Shown piece by piece: positions 50,254 through 59,320 of a stretch of DNA of 64,000 nucleotides (positions are counted from its first letter, which is position 1; each line of letters opens with the position of its first letter). This stretch comes from a virus. The stretch is taken from IMG/VR virus record IMGVR_UViG_3300023174_000065; one strand, written 5' to 3'. The notes beneath the pieces were generated by a model that was not told the origin of the DNA, searched no databases, and saw only the letters and a list, made by a program, of their open reading frames with translations. The translations under genes were made by a program, and so were the position numbers.

Positions 50254-53200
50254 TTAAGCTAAGGTGTATGTACCAGCTTTGATTGATCCAGTATTGACTA
50301 GACGTAGTGGAATGTAGATGAATTCAACTGCTTTTACAGGTTCAATTGCAATATCCATCCAAAGTTCACTGCGATCAATCCTGGCCGCTGTGTTATTCGA
50401 CTCATCGCATACTACGATAAAGTCATAGAGTGCGCGTTGTCCTACTAGTTCTAACAACAGACTCTGTGCAGCATTCTTGAGTTCGTTGCGAGTGATCTTG
50501 TCGTTTGGTTCAAACAAGAACGGACGTGAAAGTATGTCTAACTGACGACGAAGGTAGCAAACCAATCTTGCAACATTAACTCTATCCAGAGCACTTGCTG
50601 CATTAGCACGAGTATATTGGCCATATGCAACAATTCCTGCTCCAGTCAAAGTAGCAATTGGATTAATGTGTCCATTTTGTGCCATTGCATCCCTGACATT
50701 GGATGATAAGCCTGCTATTTTAAATTCACCAGATGCTCGATCAACATATCCCACGGAACTTACATTGTCAATTGTTCCTCTACGAATTCCAGCAGGAGCA
50801 AACCATTGATAACTCTGTTGGTCACTTAATGCATATGTACGTAGCATCATGTGACTTGGTGGAACAACTATGTAGTTTCCAGCCAAATCTGTTGTGTATC
50901 CACTTGGATAATAAACAGCTAGATTGTCATTGTAACTAACTAGTCCAGTTTCACCGTTATCTAATGCTCCATTAGAATTCATTGCCCACTGCGTTAGTGA
51001 AGTCGCATCTGGAGTCAACCGAAGAGGAGTATCACCGATAACAAATGCAGTCAGCCCTCTATCTGCATTGAGTGAAATCATATTTTGAATTACTTCTGGA
51101 TAACCAGGAGCTGCTATCAAGTTAAAATTCAATGAGTCAGTGTCTCTGATTGCAGTATTGATATCAAGAGTTGCCTTCATTGACTTTACAATGAATGCTC
51201 GCTGCGCATAACGCCCAAATGTGCCTGATCCATCTTCGTTGTTTGGACTTACTGAAACCCAACGATTTGGAGCATAACCAGCCATTGATTCTAATCCTTG
51301 GCGAATATTGGTAGCATTTAAGTTGATGTAATCACGGACATATTGTTTAATGTTATATCCTGAGCGACGAAGGTTCCATAATCTCATACCACGCGGATAT
51401 TCTACTGGATCTGGAGCATCTGGATCAACATAATTGCTGACTAGTAAATCTACGATAGTTGATGCTGCATTTGATGCACCGGCTGTTGCCCAACGTGCGT
51501 CTGCGAAAATCCAACCATCTGGCGATGTTTGGTCAGTTACGTCCTGAATATTCCATTTAGCACCATCGTATACATAGATTTCTTTGCCATACTGCTCAGT
51601 TCCATTCACGAGACTGACCCAGATATCACCAGTGACCAATGGAGTGCCATCACTTTGTGTAGTTGGCTGAGTTGCCGATACTATTGGACCTGTTGGATTT
51701 GTGTTAGGAAAATAATCTTTATATCCCTTCCAATTGGTACCATCATTAATCATGATGTCAACATCTAAAATATTGCCATCATACCAGAGCTGGCCATTAG
51801 TTGGTAATGATGAAATTGGAGCAGGACTTGCTGTAAATTCTAGCGGTTGCCAATTACTTGCCTTAAGACCATATGTATCAAACTCACCAGTTGTATATAA
51901 ATTAGTTGTACTTGTGGTAATTCCAGAAGATGCCAATACTCCACTTGGATCATTGAGAAGTATTTCTCCGCCACTGGTGTGTGAAATGGATATAGTTCCA
52001 TTATTATTGATTGATGCGCTGATATATGGAATATTTGAGCTATTGATGGCTGTAGCAAGAAGTGCAACTGAACCAGTTGTTGTTGTTACAATAGTACCGG
52101 TTGTTGTATATCCTGATGCACCTGGAATAGTCACTGCTGCTGTTATAGTTCCTGTAGTAGAAAATGTTGTGTTAGGACTAGTAATTACAGTTGACCCGGC
52201 CGAAGATCTAGTATATGCCTTAAATACAGCCTTTATATTTGTACCAGTGCCGTGATCATAATTGCTTTCTATATAGAGAGCTCCTGGAGTAATATTTTGA
52301 CCGCCTCCAATTTTATCTAGATTATATGTAGCAGAAGATCCATCAGCGTACACTGGTGCAGATACTGAGTTGAATAGTCCCGAGGTTGCAGACCATTTTT
52401 TGATAATCCAATTCTGACCTAGATTTGGATTGGTTGTCTTTGTATAAACACTGCCAGATGGCTTAGATGTAAAGTTAGGATACTGAGTGTGAGGACCAAC
52501 AAACACGGCTGGAATATCATAAGTTCCTGCTGTAAGTCCAATTGATGCCAAAGCACCTGTTGCACCCGTAAGTTCAATCACGCCATTTGTCACTCTAGAA
52601 TCACCGTATAATGCCAATGCGCCATTGACTATTTTTGCACCAATGTTAGTAGTTACATGCAAATTATTGATTAATGAAGCAATTTCACTTAATGACAATC
52701 CGGTGATATTAATACCGGCTTCGGGAAGGTTATTCATTCTAATTACGCCGGTCCCGTTAAGCGCAGGATTACTAGTCCCCTGAACAGTTGGCCAACTAGT
52801 AATCCATCTTGTACTAGTGAAGGTTGGTGTTGCTACGTTGGTAGAAAAACTTGCCTCATCTTGGGCATCGCCTACTACTACCCAGTTAGCATCACTATTC
52901 TTGTACCAAATATTGACTTCGTCCACTGTTCCGGTAGAAACAACTACTGCATATTGGCCGTTTAAGCCAAAACTAGTCTTTGGTGAACCATCATTGTTGG
53001 CATTTACTGTGTAATTGCTGTCATCGATTATCAATGGTATAATGTTTTTAAATGTACCAGTTGACTTGACCCACTCAAAAATTCCCCACTTGGTATTAAC
53101 AGTATCTAGCCAGTAGCTGCCATCTGCTGGATCGCCAACAGGTGCACTAGTAGATGATTTTAGTGCAGAAAGATCAACATTTGGACGTACAACATATGCA

Positions 53201-53517
53201 CCAGAACTTACTCCGAGGAAGCTGTATGCTGTTTGTAGTCCATATTCATTGAGTTCATATCCATGTAGTGGATTATTTGATGCATCAGTATAAAATAAAG
53301 GAGTGCCGAATGTGTCAGTCAAATCCCTTTGACTAGTTATAAAGTATACTTTGTCAGCATTAGCAGCAGTTGTACCGGCTGCAATATTTCCTGATGGATT
53401 GATTTTATCCTGTGCCGATGCAACTAAGATAAGAGGTACAGTTCCTGGCGCAGATGGAGTATAAAAACTCTCATTGACTACGCTAACTTGTACTCCTGGT
53501 GATTGTAAAGTGGCCAT
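50254..53517 (-). CDS. Contractile tail sheath protein (gp18-like)
   Basis: 'LQSPGVQV', 'QWFAPAGIRRG', 'LDRVNVARL', 'FEPND', 'IEPVKAVEFIYIP'. Confidence 0.92.
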   Translation of the reverse strand: MATLQSPGVQVSVVNESFYTPSAPGTVPLILVASAQDKINPSGNIAAGTTAANADKVYFITSQRDLTDTFGTPLFYTDASNNPLHGYELNEYGLQTAYSFLGVSSGAYVVRPNVDLSALKSSTSAPVGDPADGSYWLDTVNTKWGIFEWVKSTGTFKNIIPLIIDDSNYTVNANNDGSPKTSFGLNGQYAVVVSTGTVDEVNIWYKNSDANWVVVGDAQDEASFSTNVATPTFTSTRWITSWPTVQGTSNPALNGTGVIRMNNLPEAGINITGLSLSEIASLINNLHVTTNIGAKIVNGALALYGDSRVTNGVIELTGATGALASIGLTAGTYDIPAVFVGPHTQYPNFTSKPSGSVYTKTTNPNLGQNWIIKKWSATSGLFNSVSAPVYADGSSATYNLDKIGGGQNITPGALYIESNYDHGTGTNIKAVFKAYTRSSAGSTVITSPNTTFSTTGTITAAVTIPGASGYTTTGTIVTTTTGSVALLATAINSSNIPYISASINNNGTISISHTSGGEILLNDPSGVLASSGITTSTTNLYTTGEFDTYGLKASNWQPLEFTASPAPISSLPTNGQLWYDGNILDVDIMINDGTNWKGYKDYFPNTNPTGPIVSATQPTTQSDGTPLVTGDIWVSLVNGTEQYGKEIYVYDGAKWNIQDVTDQTSPDGWIFADARWATAGASNAASTIVDLLVSNYVDPDAPDPVEYPRGMRLWNLRRSGYNIKQYVRDYINLNATNIRQGLESMAGYAPNRWVSVSPNNEDGSGTFGRYAQRAFIVKSMKATLDINTAIRDTDSLNFNLIAAPGYPEVIQNMISLNADRGLTAFVIGDTPLRLTPDATSLTQWAMNSNGALDNGETGLVSYNDNLAVYYPSGYTTDLAGNYIVVPPSHMMLRTYALSDQQSYQWFAPAGIRRGTIDNVSSVGYVDRASGEFKIAGLSSNVRDAMAQNGHINPIATLTGAGIVAYGQYTRANAASALDRVNVARLVCYLRRQLDILSRPFLFEPNDKITRNELKNAAQSLLLELVGQRALYDFIVVCDESNNTAARIDRSELWMDIAIEPVKAVEFIYIPLRLVNTGSIKAGTYTLA

Positions 53518-53621
53518 TATTGTGTTCTCCCAAACATGGTTGTTGTTTAGTATATTTAGCGGAGACCCTAAAAATTCAACGGTTAAATACTAAGTAAAGC
53601 ACACGAAAAGAGCTTGATAAA

Positions 53622-53960
53622 ATGATTAGACCAATATGTAAACAGTGTAATGCAAGACCTTGTGCCATAAATTATTACAAGGAAGGCAAGCCGTTCTATA
53701 GAAGTAGATGTGATCCCTGTGTCAAGGGAAAAACTCCAGGAATACCACTATGGCGCAAGTCAGGATATAGATTAAAATCTAGATGTGACAGGTGCGGATT
53801 TTCATGTCAACATTCGGCAGTGTTTAGAATATATTACATTGATGGCAAGACTTCTAATTGTCTACATACTAACCTAAAAACAGTATGTGCAAATTGTCAA
53901 ATTCTTCTACACTCTGGTCATGTAAAGTGGGTCAGGGGCGACTTAACACCAGACTTCTGA
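53622..53960 (+). CDS. Zn-binding HNH-like protein (degenerate)
   Basis: CxxC pairs and 'YYIDGKTSNC...NLKTVCANCQ', an HNH-like pattern lacking the catalytic His. Confidence 0.55.
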   Translation: MIRPICKQCNARPCAINYYKEGKPFYRSRCDPCVKGKTPGIPLWRKSGYRLKSRCDRCGFSCQHSAVFRIYYIDGKTSNCLHTNLKTVCANCQILLHSGHVKWVRGDLTPDF

Positions 53961-54573
53961 TTTGTTTATGTAGGTCATCAAACGAGCCATTATTGTTTAG
54001 ATGCACGTCGTATTCAAACCCAACTGAACTGTATTCACTGGCATGAATTCTGAAATCGTTTTCTAGCATACGCTGAAGATATTCTTTACGATACAGATTA
54101 TTTGTGGTATTGAATGTCTCGGCATGTGAAATCCAATCTGGCTCAGTGCCTCTATGAGTTCTAACCGTAATGCCTCCGGCATTTTTAATTGCTTGAAGTT
54201 CATTGGGAAACCGGCAGTCAGTGAGAACAACATCTTCTCTAGAATTCCGAATTTTGTTTTCTACGGATGCTACCCAGATGTCATTATGAAATCCTCGACG
54301 AGCAACCTCAGTTCCCCATTGCTGTAATACCCAGCGCGGTGTTAGATGAGGAATTCCAAGTCTTTCTGCCCACCATGAATCAATTTGTTCACGCCATTCT
54401 CTACTAGCTTTCGTTGATCCTTCGAGTAATTCTCTATCCCAACCAAAAATATCAGAGAGTGCATCCTTTAAAGATGCAGCAAAGCTCATTCTCTTGAATC
54501 CATGAACAGTGCAGAGATAGTCTGCAACTGTATCTTTTCCACTTCCAATCAATCCGGTGATGCCTATAATCAT
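53932..54573 (-). CDS. Deoxynucleoside monophosphate kinase (T4 gp1-like)
   Basis: 'IIGITGLIGSGKDT', 'SFAASLK', 'PRWVLQQWGTE', 'DCRFPNE', 'HASE'. Confidence 0.9.
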   Translation of the reverse strand: MIIGITGLIGSGKDTVADYLCTVHGFKRMSFAASLKDALSDIFGWDRELLEGSTKASREWREQIDSWWAERLGIPHLTPRWVLQQWGTEVARRGFHNDIWVASVENKIRNSREDVVLTDCRFPNELQAIKNAGGITVRTHRGTEPDWISHAETFNTTNNLYRKEYLQRMLENDFRIHASEYSSVGFEYDVHLNNNGSFDDLHKQIRSLVLSRP

Positions 54574-54579
54574 AATTTA

Positions 54580-54608
54580 ATTATAACATAGAAATTATAG
54601 GTTGTCAA
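54580..54608 (-). promoter_or_regulatory. Consensus sigma70 promoter for dNMP kinase (leaderless)
   Basis: TTGACA(54608-54603)-N17-TATAAT(54585-54580), 6 nt before the ATG. Confidence 0.85.
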
Positions 54609-54610
54609 CC

Positions 54611-55369
54611 TTAGCCAAATACAAAGGTCATCGGCGTTTCGCCCGAGCCATAGTTTTGCATATCGAGTTCCAGACGTTCAATTTCGGCAGTACCTTCTTG
54701 TTTAAGTGCATCGCCGTTCAAAGATACTCCACCCTGCGGTCCAGCAATTTGAGAAAACATAGATCTTGCTTGTCCTAATATAATTTTTGCCTGTGCAGTT
54801 GCATAGTCCTTGATCCATAATCCAGCATATGGATCAGCAAGAATGGCAAAATCTGGTTTATAATTATATAGCCATAGCATAACTGTTTCTTCGCCACGTG
54901 GACGTTGCATGATAGTTAATTTTTTAGTGGCAGGATTCCATGTAAACTGAATATAACTACCGAACATTTTACCAACTTGTTTCTGATAACTTGCAAATGC
55001 ATAATATGTAGCAAGTCCGCCCATGTTAGACGAACTCAATAAGTATGTATTAGAGTATGCCAAGTTAAATGGCTCAAATAACGATCCGCCATCACCGCCG
55101 CCTGTCCTAGAACCAATGCTGCGACGAAACACATCTCGTACCTCAATAACTTCTTGACCGAGTGTGTACTCATTGACATCTTGCTCTAATGTTAGAAATC
55201 CAAAACTCTCTTCAACTGAGTTAGAAGATTTTTGACGATACTTTGCAAACGCACGTTCAATTGCGGTGCGATAATGTGATGGATCAAGTTCGATATCTAC
55301 GAGACCATCGCCAAGCATGTTCTTGATATAATCGGTTATTGTTTGTGTTACGTTTTCGGAAGTGCTCAT
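54611..55369 (-). CDS. Neck protein (gp13-like)
   Basis: 'LGDGLVDIELD', 'WIKDYATAQAK..LG', 'GPQGGVSLNG'. Confidence 0.8.
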   Translation of the reverse strand: MSTSENVTQTITDYIKNMLGDGLVDIELDPSHYRTAIERAFAKYRQKSSNSVEESFGFLTLEQDVNEYTLGQEVIEVRDVFRRSIGSRTGGGDGGSLFEPFNLAYSNTYLLSSSNMGGLATYYAFASYQKQVGKMFGSYIQFTWNPATKKLTIMQRPRGEETVMLWLYNYKPDFAILADPYAGLWIKDYATAQAKIILGQARSMFSQIAGPQGGVSLNGDALKQEGTAEIERLELDMQNYGSGETPMTFVFG

Positions 55370-55374
55370 GATAT

Positions 55375-55389
55375 TATTTATTATAAATA
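55375..55389. promoter_or_regulatory. Back-to-back T4-like late promoters
   Basis: TAAATA on - (55380-55375) and TATAAATA on + (55382-55389), each 5 nt from its ATG (55369 and 55395). Confidence 0.75.
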
Positions 55390-55394
55390 GGTAT

Positions 55395-56615
55395 ATGCCA
55401 AGGATCAGTATGTACCGTCCCGAAAAGGGAAATAACTTTAGATACCTAGATAGGATAATTGAGCAACAGTTTCAGATGGGTGGAACTGATGTTTTTGTTC
55501 ACAAGTATCTAGGACCAGCAAATCCTAATAGCGGAGATGCTACTCCAGGAGTGCCAAATCAAACTAACCCCATTGGAGAACTTGGCATTCAAGATATCAT
55601 TCTCATGGAAAATAGAGATCGTCAATACGCACAAGATGTGTATACGATGAGAACAATTTATACAATGCAAGATTTAGATTTCAATCTCAGTCAGTTTGGT
55701 ATATTTCTTAATAATGATAATGTATTCCTGCACTTTCATCTTAGAAATTGTGTTGAAACGCTTTCTAGAAAACTTATGTCAGGTGATGTATTAGAGTTGC
55801 CACATCTCAAAGATGAATATGCACTTGATCAGGCAGCAATTGCGCTCAAAAGATTTTATGTTGTACAAGATGTGGTACGAGCAGCATCGGGATTTTCACA
55901 GACTTGGTATCCTCATTTATTAAGAGTAAAATGTGTGCCGCTAGTGGATAGTCAGGAATACAGTGAAATTCTTAACATGGACACTGGTGCTGGCGACGGT
56001 TCCACTCTTCGTGATCTAATGTCTACATACAGTACTAATATTCAAATTAATAATGCCATACTTGCACAGGCCGAGTCAGATTCGTCACTGAGTGGTTATG
56101 ACACTCATCAATACTATGTTATGTCAAAAAGAGCAGATGGACTGAATAATATTCAAGATACCAGTGACATGGACGCAGACGCCAGTAATGAAAACTTGGC
56201 ACTTAATGCATCAATGATTTTAAAAACTCCTGATGAAGATATGTATGTAGGATATCTAACTGGCAATGGCATACCTCCTAATGGATCTGCCTATACATTC
56301 GGCAATGAGTTTCCTTTAGGAAAATTAGTTGAAGGACAATTTCATCTGCGCACAGATTATTTTCCCAATAGACTGTTCAGATTTAATGGCACTCATTGGG
56401 TAAAATTCAAAGACAGTGTTCGCATGACCATGACAAATAATTATGCACCTGGTGTTGCCAATCAAAATAGCTCGGTTGATACATATACTACCCTAAATAG
56501 ACAGACTCAAAAGACTGGATTTATAAACAACAACAATACTGCGACTATAGCAGGAGAAGTTGTGTCAGAGCGCCAGGCACTTAGTAAAGCATTGAAACCA
56601 CGAGCAGATAATTAA
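55395..56615 (+). CDS. Neck protein (gp14-like)
   Basis: Start MPRISMY; 'LSQFGIF', 'GDVLELPHL'; lies between gp13-like and gp15-like genes. Confidence 0.6.
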   Translation: MPRISMYRPEKGNNFRYLDRIIEQQFQMGGTDVFVHKYLGPANPNSGDATPGVPNQTNPIGELGIQDIILMENRDRQYAQDVYTMRTIYTMQDLDFNLSQFGIFLNNDNVFLHFHLRNCVETLSRKLMSGDVLELPHLKDEYALDQAAIALKRFYVVQDVVRAASGFSQTWYPHLLRVKCVPLVDSQEYSEILNMDTGAGDGSTLRDLMSTYSTNIQINNAILAQAESDSSLSGYDTHQYYVMSKRADGLNNIQDTSDMDADASNENLALNASMILKTPDEDMYVGYLTGNGIPPNGSAYTFGNEFPLGKLVEGQFHLRTDYFPNRLFRFNGTHWVKFKDSVRMTMTNNYAPGVANQNSSVDTYTTLNRQTQKTGFINNNNTATIAGEVVSERQALSKALKPRADN

Positions 56616-58042
56616 TGGAACATTTTTATGACGGTCAGTTAAAACGATATCTGACTCAATTCATGAGGTTGATGAGTAATTTTTCCTATAAAGATGGAAA
56701 AGGTAAACTGGTTCAGGTACCTGTTCGCTTTGGTGATATGAACAGGCAAGTTGCACAAATAGTTAATAAAAACAGTGAGAACATCATACAGAGTGCTCCA
56801 TTCATTGCCTGTTATATTAAAGAGTTGGAATTTGCTCGTGATCGCCTTCAAGATCCCACTTATGTTAGTAAAATCAATATTCGTGAGCGAGCATTTGATA
56901 GTGATGGTCAAGAATACTTGAATACACAAGGTGCAAATTATACCGTAGAGCGAATTATGCCTACTCCATTCAACTTAAAATTAGTGGCAGATATTTGGTG
57001 CACAAACGTTGATCAAAAATTACAACTCATTGAACAGCTTGCGGTTCTATTCAATCCGGCAATTGAAATACAAACAACAAATAACTATCTTGATTGGACC
57101 AGCTTGAGTTATGTTGAACTCACTGGTATTACATATTCTAGTAGACAAATTCCACAGGGCCTAGAGCAGGACATTGATATTGCAACAATGACTTTTCAGG
57201 CACCTATATGGATAACTCCTCCTGCCAAGGTTAAAAAGCTAGGTATTATTACTAAGATAATTACTAGCATTTTTGATGAGGCTCCTGCCACAGCTTTACG
57301 CACGAGTAATAATGGTGATGTGGTAGATTTCTTTGGTGATATTGCTCCACTAACAGTTGAATATACCACTTTAGGCAATCTAGGATTAATGGTAATGGAC
57401 AATACTGCCAAGTTGATTAGGCCATATAATGTGTTCACAGAAAAAAATTCTGAAACTTTTGCAGATATATACACTGACGGCGAAACGGTATCCTGGCACA
57501 CCATTTTAGATCAGTATCCTGGCAAATTCACTGCCAATCTCAGTCAGATCCGTTTACAAAAACCAGATGGAAATGAAATCGTAGGATTTATCTCACTGAG
57601 TTCATTTGATGATTTCTCAATGCAAGTTCGTTGGGACACAGACACCGTTCCCATGAACACATTATTTACAGATGTCAATTCTGTTAGCACACGAGGCACA
57701 GTTGATGCAATTATAGATCCACAGACTTTTAATCCTCGGCCCAGAGATGTCGATGGATCCCTTCAGTGGCCAACACTCGATACCAGGTATCTTTTGCTAG
57801 AAGATGTAGCCGAAGATGCAACTGCATGGAAGAATCAAAACAACAGTTATTTTAGCGGCAAAGCAAATGACATTGTACAATGGGACGGTACTCGGTGGAA
57901 TATTCTATTCAATCATACTACAAATACTGTGACATTTATAACAAACGCACGGACCGGAATTCAGTATAAATGGACAGGCAGTGAATGGCTCAAGAGCTAC
58001 GAAGGCATTTATAATCAAGGTAAATGGCGTCTAGTGTTATGA
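56615..58042 (+). CDS. Tail sheath stabiliser/terminator (gp15-like)
   Basis: 'HFYDGQLKRY...F', 'VPVRFG', 'PTPFNL', 'QKLQLIEQLAVLFNP'. Confidence 0.75.
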   Translation: MEHFYDGQLKRYLTQFMRLMSNFSYKDGKGKLVQVPVRFGDMNRQVAQIVNKNSENIIQSAPFIACYIKELEFARDRLQDPTYVSKINIRERAFDSDGQEYLNTQGANYTVERIMPTPFNLKLVADIWCTNVDQKLQLIEQLAVLFNPAIEIQTTNNYLDWTSLSYVELTGITYSSRQIPQGLEQDIDIATMTFQAPIWITPPAKVKKLGIITKIITSIFDEAPATALRTSNNGDVVDFFGDIAPLTVEYTTLGNLGLMVMDNTAKLIRPYNVFTEKNSETFADIYTDGETVSWHTILDQYPGKFTANLSQIRLQKPDGNEIVGFISLSSFDDFSMQVRWDTDTVPMNTLFTDVNSVSTRGTVDAIIDPQTFNPRPRDVDGSLQWPTLDTRYLLLEDVAEDATAWKNQNNSYFSGKANDIVQWDGTRWNILFNHTTNTVTFITNARTGIQYKWTGSEWLKSYEGIYNQGKWRLVL

Positions 58043-58467
58043 AAAATATAACATGTGCTGGCGGTATTTTCCTTGCGCGTGATACCAAAAGATTTCTTTT
58101 CCTGATGAGAACACATCAAAAATCTTTGGGAACATGGGGAATAGCAGGCGGTAAAGTTGAGCCAGAAGACAATACTCTGTATCAAGCATTACTCAGAGAA
58201 ATCAATGAAGAATTGGGATGTAGTCCTCCAATTGAAAAAACAATACCTATTGAATTATACGAGAGTGCTGACAATCAATTCTATTACAATACATATGTTT
58301 TAATAACTCCCACTGAGTTTATTCCTCGATTAAATGAAGAACACAGTGGATACTCATGGGTAGATATAGATTGCTGGCCTAAACCGCTGCATCAGGGAGT
58401 CAAGACTACTCTCATGAATCGAATAACTCGCGCAAAAATTGATACTATTATTCGATTGATATCCTAA
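58039..58467 (+). CDS. Nudix hydrolase
   Basis: Nudix box 'GGKVEPEDNTLYQALLREINEELG'. Confidence 0.88.
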   Translation: MKNITCAGGIFLARDTKRFLFLMRTHQKSLGTWGIAGGKVEPEDNTLYQALLREINEELGCSPPIEKTIPIELYESADNQFYYNTYVLITPTEFIPRLNEEHSGYSWVDIDCWPKPLHQGVKTTLMNRITRAKIDTIIRLIS

Positions 58468-59319
58468 TTACATTACAAATATTTTGCCTACAGAATTTCC
58501 CAATACTGAATCAAACATATACTTCATATCATTTGCCAATGTGGAAGTAGCCTCTCTTCTGGAGTCTTCGTCTCCGTCTTCGGGATTAATTTTTAAATAA
58601 TTGGTAGATTTTCCCCAGGCCTTTCTGCCATATCCTAGATGATCAGGCAAAGGACCTAGTTTTATTTCTCCGGTTCCTAGATACTGAGCAAATAACTCAT
58701 ACAAAAATTCATATGGCCGCCTAATCTGATTCGTGCGACTACTGCGTTGAGTTCCAATGGCATTGAACAAGGCATTATATTCCTGAGTCATTGACCAATT
58801 CACCGATGATTTACCATCGTTTCTTTCAGATTTGCCATAATAATCACTGAGCATATCATTTACAGATGAGAAGAAATGCTTTTCAGCCTCGCCCCATAGG
58901 CTCCATCGACCTCGACCAGCACTTTGAATAGCATGAGCAAATCTATGTGCCATGATCCACGGAGTCATCATTACTTTTGCATCACCACTATTGCCAACAA
59001 ATACCACCGTAATTGTGTCATCGCTGTCTTTTAATATTGTCTCTGCAACTTCCCCAAACATCACCTTCAATCGTTCAGCAGACACCGCACCATATTCACT
59101 ATATTTGCCTGTTCCAGGTATATTACTAAAAAACAACCTAAAGTCATAGGGAGTCCGCTCAAAAAACTTAGCGGCCTTTAATTGATTTTTTGGATGTGGA
59201 ACCAAACGCCTATCAACACCACGAAATGGCCCAGGTTTATCAAAATCACCAATAGGTGTAAATTGGTGTAGTGGCATTTCATCAAGAGTTTGATGTTCAA
59301 GGAGTTCCTGAATTCGCAT
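58468..59319 (-). CDS. Hypothetical protein, probable internal head protein
   Basis: N-terminal 'MRIQELLE'; 'WIMAHRFAH' motif. Confidence 0.55.
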   Translation of the reverse strand: MRIQELLEHQTLDEMPLHQFTPIGDFDKPGPFRGVDRRLVPHPKNQLKAAKFFERTPYDFRLFFSNIPGTGKYSEYGAVSAERLKVMFGEVAETILKDSDDTITVVFVGNSGDAKVMMTPWIMAHRFAHAIQSAGRGRWSLWGEAEKHFFSSVNDMLSDYYGKSERNDGKSSVNWSMTQEYNALFNAIGTQRSSRTNQIRRPYEFLYELFAQYLGTGEIKLGPLPDHLGYGRKAWGKSTNYLKINPEDGDEDSRREATSTLANDMKYMFDSVLGNSVGKIFVM

Positions 59320-59320
59320 A

